DNA of 64,000 bases. Origin: a virus. Lineage: Duplodnaviria; Caudoviricetes. The stretch spans positions 10,686 through 74,685 of the IMG/VR virus record IMGVR_UViG_3300030330_004772; one strand, 5' to 3'. Shown here piece by piece: positions 28,873 to 38,421 of the stretch. The notes beneath the pieces were generated by a model. It was not told where the DNA came from and searched no databases. It worked only from the letters and a program-made list of their open reading frames with translations. Made by a program: the position numbers and the translations under genes. Each line of letters begins with the position of its first letter. The first letter of the stretch is position 1.

Positions 28873-30180
28873 TTAATTACTGTTAATGTTTTTATTTAAT
28901 ATACTATCTAAGTCAAATCTTAGGACATCTAGTTTAACTTCAGACGGATCTGCAGGTAAACCATTGTAATTATGAACATGTAAATTTACATAATTCCTCA
29001 TTAATTCTAAAAATTCTACTAATTTATCCCCATAAACTAAAGGGTGTGCTTGACTATTTATTTCTTTCTGTTCATCATCTGTAATTAAACCTTTGGGGTT
29101 AGTTAAATCAAAAGTATGTTCACCGTTATGACTTATTAAATTTATTTTATTGGCGACTACATTTACCACACTAGTTTTACTATCATTATTTGCAATAAAT
29201 TTATTTTGTGTTACAATTTTAGTAGATTTAACGGGATTAATTGAAAATATTGCAACATTGTTTGACGCATTAGGAAATTTATTTAATAAATCTGAAGCAT
29301 TACTTCTAATAATCCATTTACTACCTCTATTAAGTTTAATATAATTTTCTGCCGATAATATTGCAAGTTCTCTAGAATTCTGTCCTAAAAATTCTTGACT
29401 AATATTACTTACTTCTTTACCTGTTTTAATATTTCTAATTTTTATACCCAATACTGTTTTAGTAATATATGGACTTTTAAAAGATTCAGGAGGTAAGTCA
29501 TTAGATAATGGTCCATTTGCATTATATGTAATCATTTCTACAATAATAGATGTTTCTGGTTTTGGATCTACATAATTTACTACTTCTTTTGTTTCGGTAG
29601 TCCTTTTTAGTTTTTCACCACCATATTTTAATTGTATATAACCAATATCTTCAGTGTTAAATTTATTATTAGCACCCTCAATAAATTTACCCGCTCTTAA
29701 CCATATTTGTCTATCTTTTTGAATTATATCAGTATTATATCTTCCCTGTAATACAATATCGTTTTCTCCTCCTCCATATGCACCAATTTCTAAATTTGGG
29801 TCTCTTAATTTAGTATAACCATCAGGTAAAATTGCATTTGCTTCATCGGCAGGTTCTCCAGATAATTTAGTAGGTTGACTAATTAAGGGACCAATCCAAA
29901 ACCTTTTAGTGTTAAAGGATGCATCTGGTGATGAATCTTTATGTTCTGATTGAAAAACAAATACTAATTCACCTACTTTAGGTATTACATTAAGAAATTT
30001 AGGTAATAGTGGGACACAATCTATAAGATTTTTAGTGGATTCTTTAGAATCTACACCAGTAATCCTTACTTTTAATAACCCAGCTTTATTGGAATCACTA
30101 TTATCAACTACTTTTGCAATTTTTAATATGGGGATTACACCTTGATTTACACTATCATTATAATAATTATTTTTTGACAT
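28873..30180 (-). CDS. Baseplate hub/central spike protein (gp5/VgrG-like OB-fold)
   Basis: AKVVDNSDSNKAGLLKVRI...PLLPKFLNVIPKVGELVFV; C-terminal HxH motif (LHVHNY). Confidence 0.7.
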   Translation of the reverse strand: MSKNNYYNDSVNQGVIPILKIAKVVDNSDSNKAGLLKVRITGVDSKESTKNLIDCVPLLPKFLNVIPKVGELVFVFQSEHKDSSPDASFNTKRFWIGPLISQPTKLSGEPADEANAILPDGYTKLRDPNLEIGAYGGGENDIVLQGRYNTDIIQKDRQIWLRAGKFIEGANNKFNTEDIGYIQLKYGGEKLKRTTETKEVVNYVDPKPETSIIVEMITYNANGPLSNDLPPESFKSPYITKTVLGIKIRNIKTGKEVSNISQEFLGQNSRELAILSAENYIKLNRGSKWIIRSNASDLLNKFPNASNNVAIFSINPVKSTKIVTQNKFIANNDSKTSVVNVVANKINLISHNGEHTFDLTNPKGLITDDEQKEINSQAHPLVYGDKLVEFLELMRNYVNLHVHNYNGLPADPSEVKLDVLRFDLDSILNKNINSN

Positions 30181-30181
30181 C

Positions 30182-30373
30182 TTATAACCCTTTATATCTT
30201 TTTATTATTTCTACATTACCGTCATGATATTCTTTTTCAATATCTGAAAGTTTAGTTAGTAATTTATCTATTTGTTTTTTTAGAGATTTATGTTCATTAC
30301 TAAGAACAATTAATTCTTCTTTAATTTTACTTGTTGGTAAATTACCCCATTTTATGTCTTTTACTTTTTCCAT
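30182..30373 (-). CDS. Small coiled-coil hypothetical protein
   Basis: ORF track; closely packed. Confidence 0.55.
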   Translation of the reverse strand: MEKVKDIKWGNLPTSKIKEELIVLSNEHKSLKKQIDKLLTKLSDIEKEYHDGNVEIIKRYKGL

Positions 30374-30374
30374 A

Positions 30375-30773
30375 TTAACTTATTACTCCAAATCCTGACG
30401 CTGGTGTTGTTGTTGCCCCATTTGAGAATACGGGACCACCAGCATTTGCACCTGCTGCAGTAATGTTAGTACCTGGTGGTATGGCTATTTGTACTCTAGC
30501 ATCTCTAATTAATGCTTCAACTATAACCTCTACCCTAATAGTTTCCATCATTAAATCTAAGTTATCTGCACCACTAGGTAAAGGACCAATAGGAATACCA
30601 ATATCCTTCTTTCTTTTTATTATTTCACTTGCAATATCAATTGCGCTAAGTCCAGGTTTTGTTCTCGCAGCTAATACTGCAGGTACCGGTAAAGGTTTAT
30701 TGGGAAGTGGGGGTGTAATAAACCCCTTTAAAATTCCCATAACTGTTTTTATTGCTCCCATTTCTGCCGCCAT
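30375..30773 (-). CDS. Small Pro/Gly-rich baseplate-region protein
   Basis: ORF track; position next to the spike gene. Confidence 0.55.
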   Translation of the reverse strand: MAAEMGAIKTVMGILKGFITPPLPNKPLPVPAVLAARTKPGLSAIDIASEIIKRKKDIGIPIGPLPSGADNLDLMMETIRVEVIVEALIRDARVQIAIPPGTNITAAGANAGGPVFSNGATTTPASGFGVIS

Positions 30774-30789
30774 AATTCATATTTTTTTT

Positions 30790-32430
30790 TTAATCACAAA
30801 AACGTCCTCTCTTACCTCTTTGTAAATTTACGTTATTTAATGAGTTAAGATTTAACCTATCAGTAAATCCTTGTGCGTCCCCAACAATATCACCGGCTTT
30901 GCCCAATAATTGGTTAACCTCATCTAAAGCGTCTACTAACCCACCTGGTAATAAACTTTCTAAAGATAATCTATAATTAATACCCTTTTCTTTTAATTTT
31001 TTTGCAATATAACATAAAACTATTTGTTTTAATGCATTAATTGCCATAGGTAGAAGATACTCATATATTATTTTTCTTATTATTTCTTTTAATATTTCTC
31101 CCAAAATACATTGTAAATTCTTTAAAAAACCTTTTATTCCTTCTTCATTAGGTAATGATTTTTTATTAACTAAATAAAACATTGTATTGAATAACATTAA
31201 ATTTTTAGGGGATAAAACTAATTTAGTAAGTGCTATCTGAAGTGATTTAACAAAGTTATACCAAAACTCTCCATCTGCTGCAGTTTTTTCTATATCACTT
31301 ACTTGTTCAGACGCTTCTTTTTGTAAATCTTCCATTGCAGTTGTCAATAAATCTATTTTTTCATTTATAACTCCACCCGCATTAACTAAATCGTCATTTA
31401 ATGTTTTTAGTGTATTAATTGAGACATCACTAGTTTGTTTTTTACAACACGTTTGGAATTGTATTCCACCATTTTTAATTCCATTTACCTTAGATTTAAT
31501 ATTAGTTATTTGTTCTGGTGTAAACTCATAAAAACTATCTTCTATAATAACTTCAGGATCATTTAAACCCACATTTATATAATCAGATATAGCCTCCTCA
31601 AATTCCACTTGTTTTATAAGACATTGATCAGATAAATCTACTTCTTTTGTTAATGTACCAAAAATCAAATTTATAACGTTAGGTATTACTTTGTCTGCAT
31701 CAAATAACGGGGTTAAACTATTAATATAATCATTAATAAAAGTTATAATCGATGTATTTTGGAAGGATGGATGTATTTGCATTTTAATGACTTCAGGTTT
31801 CGCGTTAGTAGTCTGTGGTACACCACCCTCAGTAAATGCAGTACTATCGTCTTCTAAGTAAGTAAAATACGCAATTTCTTGTCCTGTCACAGGATCTTTC
31901 CATATATCTGGTACTCCATTTAATTGTATTACATCCCATAAAAATACATTTAGATCATTAGATGAATTTCCATCATATCTTAATTTACCAACATCACTGT
32001 TGGGGTTCACTCCAAATAAACATTCTAAATCTATCTTAGAAACTTCTATATTAATACCAGGACCACTACCATATAATAACCAATCAGGCATTAAAGGGGA
32101 AATTTTACATGCATAACATTCTTTTAACCCTAACTTAATATTTAATGTGAGATTTTTTTCTAAGGGTCGAGTCTGTTCTACTAACCAATCTATAAGTTGC
32201 ATTCTCATTTGATCAAAGTTTATACTATTTAATAAACTTATAACATCCATTAACAACTCTACTACTGCCTGTTTTGGGTTTATGGATGGGATAGAGGGTA
32301 AGGATAAATCAATAGTAGGTAAATTATTACAAGTGATTTTTTTTAATTGAATGAGCTCCAATATTTGTTGTTTTAATTGATCTATTGCATCATCTGGTTT
32401 ACATACGGTATTTTTTAAATTTAAACTCAT
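30790..32430 (-). CDS. Hypothetical structural-region protein (546 aa)
   Basis: ORF track; same operon. Confidence 0.6.
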   Translation of the reverse strand: MSLNLKNTVCKPDDAIDQLKQQILELIQLKKITCNNLPTIDLSLPSIPSINPKQAVVELLMDVISLLNSINFDQMRMQLIDWLVEQTRPLEKNLTLNIKLGLKECYACKISPLMPDWLLYGSGPGINIEVSKIDLECLFGVNPNSDVGKLRYDGNSSNDLNVFLWDVIQLNGVPDIWKDPVTGQEIAYFTYLEDDSTAFTEGGVPQTTNAKPEVIKMQIHPSFQNTSIITFINDYINSLTPLFDADKVIPNVINLIFGTLTKEVDLSDQCLIKQVEFEEAISDYINVGLNDPEVIIEDSFYEFTPEQITNIKSKVNGIKNGGIQFQTCCKKQTSDVSINTLKTLNDDLVNAGGVINEKIDLLTTAMEDLQKEASEQVSDIEKTAADGEFWYNFVKSLQIALTKLVLSPKNLMLFNTMFYLVNKKSLPNEEGIKGFLKNLQCILGEILKEIIRKIIYEYLLPMAINALKQIVLCYIAKKLKEKGINYRLSLESLLPGGLVDALDEVNQLLGKAGDIVGDAQGFTDRLNLNSLNNVNLQRGKRGRFCD

Positions 32431-32431
32431 A

Positions 32432-32821
32432 TTAATCTAAAGTATAGTCAGTATTAGATTTAGATTTTTTTTCGTTAAATAATTCTCTTAATAAACTTTT
32501 ATCTGAATCAGTGAAGTTATTATTACTATCGTTACCAGATTTTTGTTCTGACTTATCGTCATTACCCACTATTTGTGTTTGTAATTTTGCTAACGCCAAT
32601 TTCCTATCAATAGTTGCCTCAATAATTTTTAATGTATCATTGTTGACTTTACCAATTAATGATTCATCATTTACATCTTCTATCTCTGCCCTATTTTTAC
32701 GTTCATTTAATTCTTTACGAGCACTATTCATTACGTTTACACAATCATTATATATTTCTTGCATAAATTCTTGTAAACTATCTTTATCTAAATTTATTTT
32801 AGTTTTCTTAGGTCTACCCAT
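32432..32821 (-). CDS. Hypothetical protein
   Basis: ORF track; TATTTAT at 32843-32849 on the minus strand. Confidence 0.6.
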   Translation of the reverse strand: MGRPKKTKINLDKDSLQEFMQEIYNDCVNVMNSARKELNERKNRAEIEDVNDESLIGKVNNDTLKIIEATIDRKLALAKLQTQIVGNDDKSEQKSGNDSNNNFTDSDKSLLRELFNEKKSKSNTDYTLD

Positions 32822-32866
32822 ATTAATAATGTTTTATACTATATAAATACTATTAAAGGTATTTTT

Positions 32867-33604
32867 TTAAAGTAAACCTTTATCTATTTTAAAGTTCTTA
32901 ATAGCAATATATATTTTTTTATATCTCCTCATAGATACTCGAATATCTTTTGTAGTCAATCCAGAAATTTCTCTAATATAAGAAAGTATTAAATTTTTAT
33001 TATATTTATTACCACTTTCTACTTGTTCAAAAATAGTTTCCCAATTATCTAAAACCATAATTAATGCATTACCGACTAATTTTTCATTTTCAGATATCTT
33101 ACCGTGTTCTATTTCTGCTTTTATATTTGATGATACTTCTTTGATAAATTCTTCTAATGGTGTTTTATCAACGTCTTCTAAATCGTATTGATAGTCATCC
33201 ATTTCCTCCACTGTTTTATAAACATCGTCATAACACAAATCGGATTTCATTCTTTTATCTGCTTTTAATAATTGACCTAACAAATAATTTTTACAAATCG
33301 TACCAAAATAAGAATAAGCTTTTTTACCTTCTTCCGGTCTGAACTTCTCCATTTTAGTAGCTAAAAAGGATAGTGTATCCGTATGAATATCCTCAAAAGT
33401 ATCAGACTTACGATATAATTTATAACGTCTAATGATAGACTCAATCATTTTATTTAGAGGGGCTCTAAGAAATTTATTATAAATTCTATTACGTTCATGA
33501 TAGTCATCAGAATTTAAAAAAGCAACTACGGCTTTTTCCTCTTCTGGCCCAAAATACAAATTAGTTGTTCTTTTACGACCTCTTTTTTTAGGTTCTTCAG
33601 ACAT
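32867..33604 (-). CDS. Phage sigma factor (gp55-like late sigma)
   Basis: Sigma region-2-like LNKMIESIIRRY...FEDI...TLSFL...EKFRPEEGKKAYSYFGTICKNYL. Confidence 0.7.
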   Translation of the reverse strand: MSEEPKKRGRKRTTNLYFGPEEEKAVVAFLNSDDYHERNRIYNKFLRAPLNKMIESIIRRYKLYRKSDTFEDIHTDTLSFLATKMEKFRPEEGKKAYSYFGTICKNYLLGQLLKADKRMKSDLCYDDVYKTVEEMDDYQYDLEDVDKTPLEEFIKEVSSNIKAEIEHGKISENEKLVGNALIMVLDNWETIFEQVESGNKYNKNLILSYIREISGLTTKDIRVSMRRYKKIYIAIKNFKIDKGLL

Positions 33605-34402
33605 TTATACTGTTTCTAACTCATATGTTATTTCTCTATCTTCAGTGAAAAAATATTCTTTTTTTGCTTTATTAACCCAAAATTTACTTTCTAAAACGTC
33701 AATAGTATTCTTATATTCAACAAATAAAGAACCTTCTCTATTATTTAAATGTTTATAGCCTAATTTAGGTATAACCATAACTGGTATATCTTGATATGTT
33801 AACCTTAATAAAAACTCATATGTAAAAGTCAATTTCATGTTGGTTTTTAACCCACCGCATTCTTGATATGCAGTTTTTTTAATAACCATACCATCAAAAT
33901 TAAAATTTTGCATTTTAACCAAAGTTTCATTATCTAAAAATCCCATTTCAGAAGAAACACCTTTAACCCAAACATTTTCATTAGTAAATGATAAGAAATT
34001 ACCTTTTTCATCACTTTCAAAAATTATTGGTAAGAACGCACCTACTTCAGGAAATGAGTTGATATATGTGTTGGCGGAATTTAACCATATTTTAGATAAT
34101 TCATCATCATATTCTAAAAAAGTAAAGTATTCTGATTCTACGTTATTTGCACCAAAATTTAACTGGTTTTGAAATGAGGTGTCTTTACTTTTATTCTCAA
34201 TAACTCTTATTTTATCTTTCACACCACCAAAATCAAAATCATCTAAAAAAGTTTTTAATTTTTTATCTTTTGACCTCACAATTAATATTTCAGAGGGTTC
34301 TAATGTTTGTTGTTCTACACTCAGTAATGCATTTTTTAAATATTTATCTAAATTTTTTTGTACCTTATGAATTGGTATAATTACAGTGATATTATTTGTC
34401 AT
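33605..34402 (-). CDS. Glycosyltransferase family 2 (GT-A fold)
   Basis: ITVIIPIH ... SEILIV ... NFGANNVESEYFTFLEYDDEL. Confidence 0.85.
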   Translation of the reverse strand: MTNNITVIIPIHKVQKNLDKYLKNALLSVEQQTLEPSEILIVRSKDKKLKTFLDDFDFGGVKDKIRVIENKSKDTSFQNQLNFGANNVESEYFTFLEYDDELSKIWLNSANTYINSFPEVGAFLPIIFESDEKGNFLSFTNENVWVKGVSSEMGFLDNETLVKMQNFNFDGMVIKKTAYQECGGLKTNMKLTFTYEFLLRLTYQDIPVMVIPKLGYKHLNNREGSLFVEYKNTIDVLESKFWVNKAKKEYFFTEDREITYELETV

Positions 34403-34424
34403 TTTTAATTATTTTTTTTATATA

Positions 34425-35549
34425 TTATTGGGTTACTTCTTCAGTAACTTTATTTTCTTCTCTTTTAATGATTGTTTCTAGTTCTTCAGTTCTTCTTGTA
34501 AATATTCCATTATAAACCTCTTTTAAAATACCTTTAGATTCATCTTCACTAAATTGTAATTTCATTTCTTCCATTTTTTCTATAAGATTTTGTGGGATGG
34601 AGTCCTCAATATATAAACCAACCATAGTTGCAATTAAATCAGGTATAGAATTTAAATTTGCAGTCCATACACCGTTATCATTTAAATTAAGATTACCATT
34701 TTTATCTAAATTACCCATCCACTCAGGAACCATTCTAGGAATTTTACCTATAACAGGAGTATCGCTTTTCATACACTCAATTGGAAATGTACCAAAACTA
34801 GATAATTCATCTACCCACACACCTAAAAATGACTTACTTAATTCTTTTGCAAATTCTTTTCTAGACATACCAGACATATCCCTAAACGTTACAAACCTAT
34901 ATTGTGGATATTTTTGGAAGAATACTTTAACTATTTTTAAAAGTTCTCTATTATCCCTTACACTAATACTAACTGTTGGTATTTTAGGTTTGTCACTGTT
35001 TTTAAAATATGATGGTATACCTACTGGTATAATTTCAGTATTTAAATTATTAAACACACTATTTATATATTCTTTTAATGTGTTAGAAGTGGTTATAACC
35101 TCATTTATCCCAAAATTTCCCCAACTTTCACCTATTTCTAACATCTCAAAGACATATTCATAAGACTGTAAAAATACTACTCTTTTACAAGGAAAATTAA
35201 CAGTTTGTTTCATTATACTAGCAAATGCTTCAGGTATAATTACAAAATCTTGAGGTCCTACTTGTAATTGTTGTGATTCAATAGAAACATGTGGAATTTC
35301 ACCATATTCTTCACCTAACCAATCAGTAACACCCATACCTTCTTCATTACCTTTAAGTCTATAATCATTTTTATCATGTAAAATATGTGCATTATACCCT
35401 AAATCTAGTAATGTTTTTGCGTGTTCATAAATATTAGCAACTCCTGCAGTAGGATTACCTTTAGTATCAATAGTGAAAAAGTAGATACCAAAATTTTTAT
35501 TGTTAATCTTCTCAATAGAGTCTTTTAAATTTTTAATTTTTTCTTCCAT
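34425..35549 (-). CDS. GT-B fold glycosyltransferase
   Basis: GVANIYEHAKTL; ELSSFGTFPIECMKSDTPVIG (GT4-like E-x-E region). Confidence 0.7.
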   Translation of the reverse strand: MEEKIKNLKDSIEKINNKNFGIYFFTIDTKGNPTAGVANIYEHAKTLLDLGYNAHILHDKNDYRLKGNEEGMGVTDWLGEEYGEIPHVSIESQQLQVGPQDFVIIPEAFASIMKQTVNFPCKRVVFLQSYEYVFEMLEIGESWGNFGINEVITTSNTLKEYINSVFNNLNTEIIPVGIPSYFKNSDKPKIPTVSISVRDNRELLKIVKVFFQKYPQYRFVTFRDMSGMSRKEFAKELSKSFLGVWVDELSSFGTFPIECMKSDTPVIGKIPRMVPEWMGNLDKNGNLNLNDNGVWTANLNSIPDLIATMVGLYIEDSIPQNLIEKMEEMKLQFSEDESKGILKEVYNGIFTRRTEELETIIKREENKVTEEVTQ

Positions 35550-35560
35550 TTTGTTTTTTT

Positions 35561-35875
35561 TTAAAGTTCTTTTATAATTCCTTTCATTAAAAGGGTGTTA
35601 AATGATAATTTAAATGGTATTGGTAATTCATTTAATGCCATCATTCCCATTTTATTATCTATTATCATTTCGTTAGGGGTTAACATCGTACCTATTAAAT
35701 CTCTATACATTTCATATTTAGTAACATCAATTTTTAATGCAGATAAATCATCTTTATCATCACATTCTTTTTCAACTTTTGTTTTAGTATCAACATCATA
35801 TTGAACTTCTTTCGCTAGTTTATCAATATCGAAATAAAATTCTTTTCCACCAACTTCTAATAATATATTATCCAT
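35561..35875 (-). CDS. Hypothetical protein
   Basis: ORF track. Confidence 0.6.
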   Translation of the reverse strand: MDNILLEVGGKEFYFDIDKLAKEVQYDVDTKTKVEKECDDKDDLSALKIDVTKYEMYRDLIGTMLTPNEMIIDNKMGMMALNELPIPFKLSFNTLLMKGIIKEL

Positions 35876-35924
35876 ATTTTTTTTTATTAATTTAAACTAT
35901 TATTATTATAAGTAAATATTATTT

Positions 35925-36548
35925 TTATACATCTTCAAATTCTATAGTTTCTGTATTTAATATTTTACTTAATGTGTTTTTATCTTCTAGTAATTCTTTT
36001 AAATCTACAATCGTATAATCTGATTTACAATCTTTATTATAGGTATTTATAACTTTAATAGAAACTTTATCTAAAGGTTTAGATAATAATGTTTCAGGTG
36101 AGGCAGTAATTAATACGTCTACATGTTCCCATTTATGAGAATAATCCCTAACAAATTTTATATTACTAACTTTACAAGATAGTTTGGATAAGAAAAATAA
36201 TGTTGCGGGTTTACTATTATTTAATTCTTTACTTATTATCATTGGAGTGTGTCCCATATCCTCAATTAGGTTATGTAATTGATTTAAGTGTTCTACAGAA
36301 TTTAATTTAACTTCACCAGCGTGTCCGAATATTTCTAACGATGCATCCACATACATAAAATTATTTAAGTCTTTTGTTCCACCAGTAAATTCAAAATGAT
36401 TTAATAATTCTAAATTTTTTATATCTCTTTCTATTGTTATATTTTCACCTGTTTCTTCATCAATAATAGGATAGTATTTATCATACACCGATTCAAATTT
36501 TGTTATAAAATCCCTTACAACACCGTCTATTGTTATACCTATTTTCAT
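35925..36548 (-). CDS. HAD-superfamily 5'(3')-nucleotidase-like protein with a degenerate motif I
   Basis: MKIGITIDGVVRDF versus canonical IxIDxDGV; C-terminal KVINTYN region. Confidence 0.65.
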   Translation of the reverse strand: MKIGITIDGVVRDFITKFESVYDKYYPIIDEETGENITIERDIKNLELLNHFEFTGGTKDLNNFMYVDASLEIFGHAGEVKLNSVEHLNQLHNLIEDMGHTPMIISKELNNSKPATLFFLSKLSCKVSNIKFVRDYSHKWEHVDVLITASPETLLSKPLDKVSIKVINTYNKDCKSDYTIVDLKELLEDKNTLSKILNTETIEFEDV

Positions 36549-37294
36549 TTTTCTAAATTTTCAAATACATCTTCTATTTTTTTTATTATTGGGTTTCTAA
36601 CCACATCATTAGGATTTCTAAGTTCTACACAACCAAAACCTTCTACATTTTTAAATTTTTCCAATACTATTTCTAAAGAAGAATCTTTTTTATTTCTTAT
36701 ATCTTTTTGTCTAACATCTCCCATAATAACCATTTTGGAGTTATCTCCTATTCTTGTCATTAAAGTTCTTATATTATCCATAGATATGTTTTGTGCCTCA
36801 TCAATTAGTATAATTGAATTATCGATACTTCTACCTCTAGCAAACGCTATTGGTACAATTTCTATGACACCTAACTCAATTAATTTTTCCATCCTACTTC
36901 TACCTATTAGTTTCCTAATATTATCAGTAAACGACTCCATAATTGGTGCCATTTTATCTTTTAACTCACCAGGTAAATGTCCAATTTCCTCACCTTTTAA
37001 TGCAGTAATAGATTTTACTAATACAATTCTTTTGTATTTAGGTCTAGATTTTATTAATTTAAGTGCTTCTGCACATGATAAAAATGTTTTACCGGATCCT
37101 GGTAAACCACTACAAATAGTGATTTCATTTTGTTTGATTGAATTAACTAATTTTTTTTGGTTTTCTGTTTTACATTTAATATGTACAGATATTGTCTGAA
37201 ATACTTTTTCTTCTTCTACGTTATTCCTATTAAGGAAAAACTCCATTTCTTCAATTTCTTCTTGTGAAAGTTGTTTGTTTTTTCTTCTACCCAT
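36545..37294 (-). CDS. phoH: PhoH-like ATPase
   Basis: GLPGSGKT, FARGRSIDNSIILIDEAQN, MGDVRQKD, DVVRNPII. Confidence 0.93.
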   Translation of the reverse strand: MGRRKNKQLSQEEIEEMEFFLNRNNVEEEKVFQTISVHIKCKTENQKKLVNSIKQNEITICSGLPGSGKTFLSCAEALKLIKSRPKYKRIVLVKSITALKGEEIGHLPGELKDKMAPIMESFTDNIRKLIGRSRMEKLIELGVIEIVPIAFARGRSIDNSIILIDEAQNISMDNIRTLMTRIGDNSKMVIMGDVRQKDIRNKKDSSLEIVLEKFKNVEGFGCVELRNPNDVVRNPIIKKIEDVFENLEK

Positions 37295-37404
37295 ATATCT
37301 TTTTTATGTTATTAATATATGAACAAAATTAAATAAAGTATATGGTTATTTAAAATAGTTTTATAAAATTGATCCTAGTACCAACTATATGAAAAAACTT
37401 TAAT

Positions 37405-38421
37405 TTATCTTTTGTCATATATTTTATTAATTATCTCAACAACTTTAAGTCCTTCTAATGCATTTGTTGTAATAGTTCCATTACCCCTTAAAGTATCTAC
37501 AACATTTTCAATTATATAGTGATGATTTGCAGCACTACCTTTATATTGTCCGTAATCATTGGGTGGGTTCGATGGTGGTAATGTAGGCATTTTATAATCT
37601 TTAATGTTACAATATTCAATCTCATTCATGTATTGTCCACCTACTTTAACACTACCATTACTTCCTATAATGGTTATACTACTTTCTAAGTTAGATCCCC
37701 AAACCGCAGTAGAATAATTAATACACCCCATACCACCTTCTGAAAAATCAAAAGAAACAAATCCAGAATCTTCGAAATCAGTACTTTCTTTATGTGTGAA
37801 ATCATTGAATTTTCCTTGAATATTTTCTATATCACCAAAAAGCCAATACATAATATCTATAAAATGAGAAAACTGAGTAAACAATGTGCCCCCATCTAAA
37901 TCTTGTGTTCCTTTCCAACCACCTTTTTTATAATACCTATCATCACGATTCCAATAACAATTTACTTGTACCATAAAAATATCCCCAATAATTTTATTCT
38001 CTACAATTTCTTTTAACCATACACTTGGAGGAGAATACCTATTTTGCATTACCGCAAAAATTTGTTTATGCTTTCTAAGTGCAGTATATAAGACTTTTTC
38101 TGAATCAATTTTTTTTAACCCTATTGGTTTTTCTATTACAACATGTTTATTATTTTCTAATACTTTAATTGAATGTTCTGAATGTAATCCATTAGGTGTA
38201 CATACACACACTATTTCAATCTCTGGATGATGAGATAACATTTCATCTAAATTATTATAAAAAGGTATATCTTTAAACTCATCTAAATTTAAATCTTTTT
38301 TATCTTTTATATCACAAAATGATATTAATTCACAATTTTCATTGTTTAATATCATATTACTGTGTCGTTTACCAATGTGTCCAACACCTACGACACCAAA
38401 ACTAATTTTTTTTGTTTTCAT
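37405..38421 (-). CDS. Gfo/Idh/MocA oxidoreductase, WbpB/WlbA-like NDP-sugar dehydrogenase
   Basis: GVVGVGHIGKRH, CTPNGLH, IEKP, QNRYS, WNRDDRYY, GGTLFTQFSHFID. Confidence 0.85.
   Translation of the reverse strand: MKTKKISFGVVGVGHIGKRHSNMILNNENCELISFCDIKDKKDLNLDEFKDIPFYNNLDEMLSHHPEIEIVCVCTPNGLHSEHSIKVLENNKHVVIEKPIGLKKIDSEKVLYTALRKHKQIFAVMQNRYSPPSVWLKEIVENKIIGDIFMVQVNCYWNRDDRYYKKGGWKGTQDLDGGTLFTQFSHFIDIMYWLFGDIENIQGKFNDFTHKESTDFEDSGFVSFDFSEGGMGCINYSTAVWGSNLESSITIIGSNGSVKVGGQYMNEIEYCNIKDYKMPTLPPSNPPNDYGQYKGSAANHHYIIENVVDTLRGNGTITTNALEGLKVVEIINKIYDKR

Noticed and set aside
37295-37404. 110-bp intergenic gap as a possible ncRNA or tRNA
   Set aside because: It is AT-rich with no cloverleaf or stable stem visible. 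No tRNA was recognised anywhere in the window, although a tRNAscan-SE run would be needed to exclude one.
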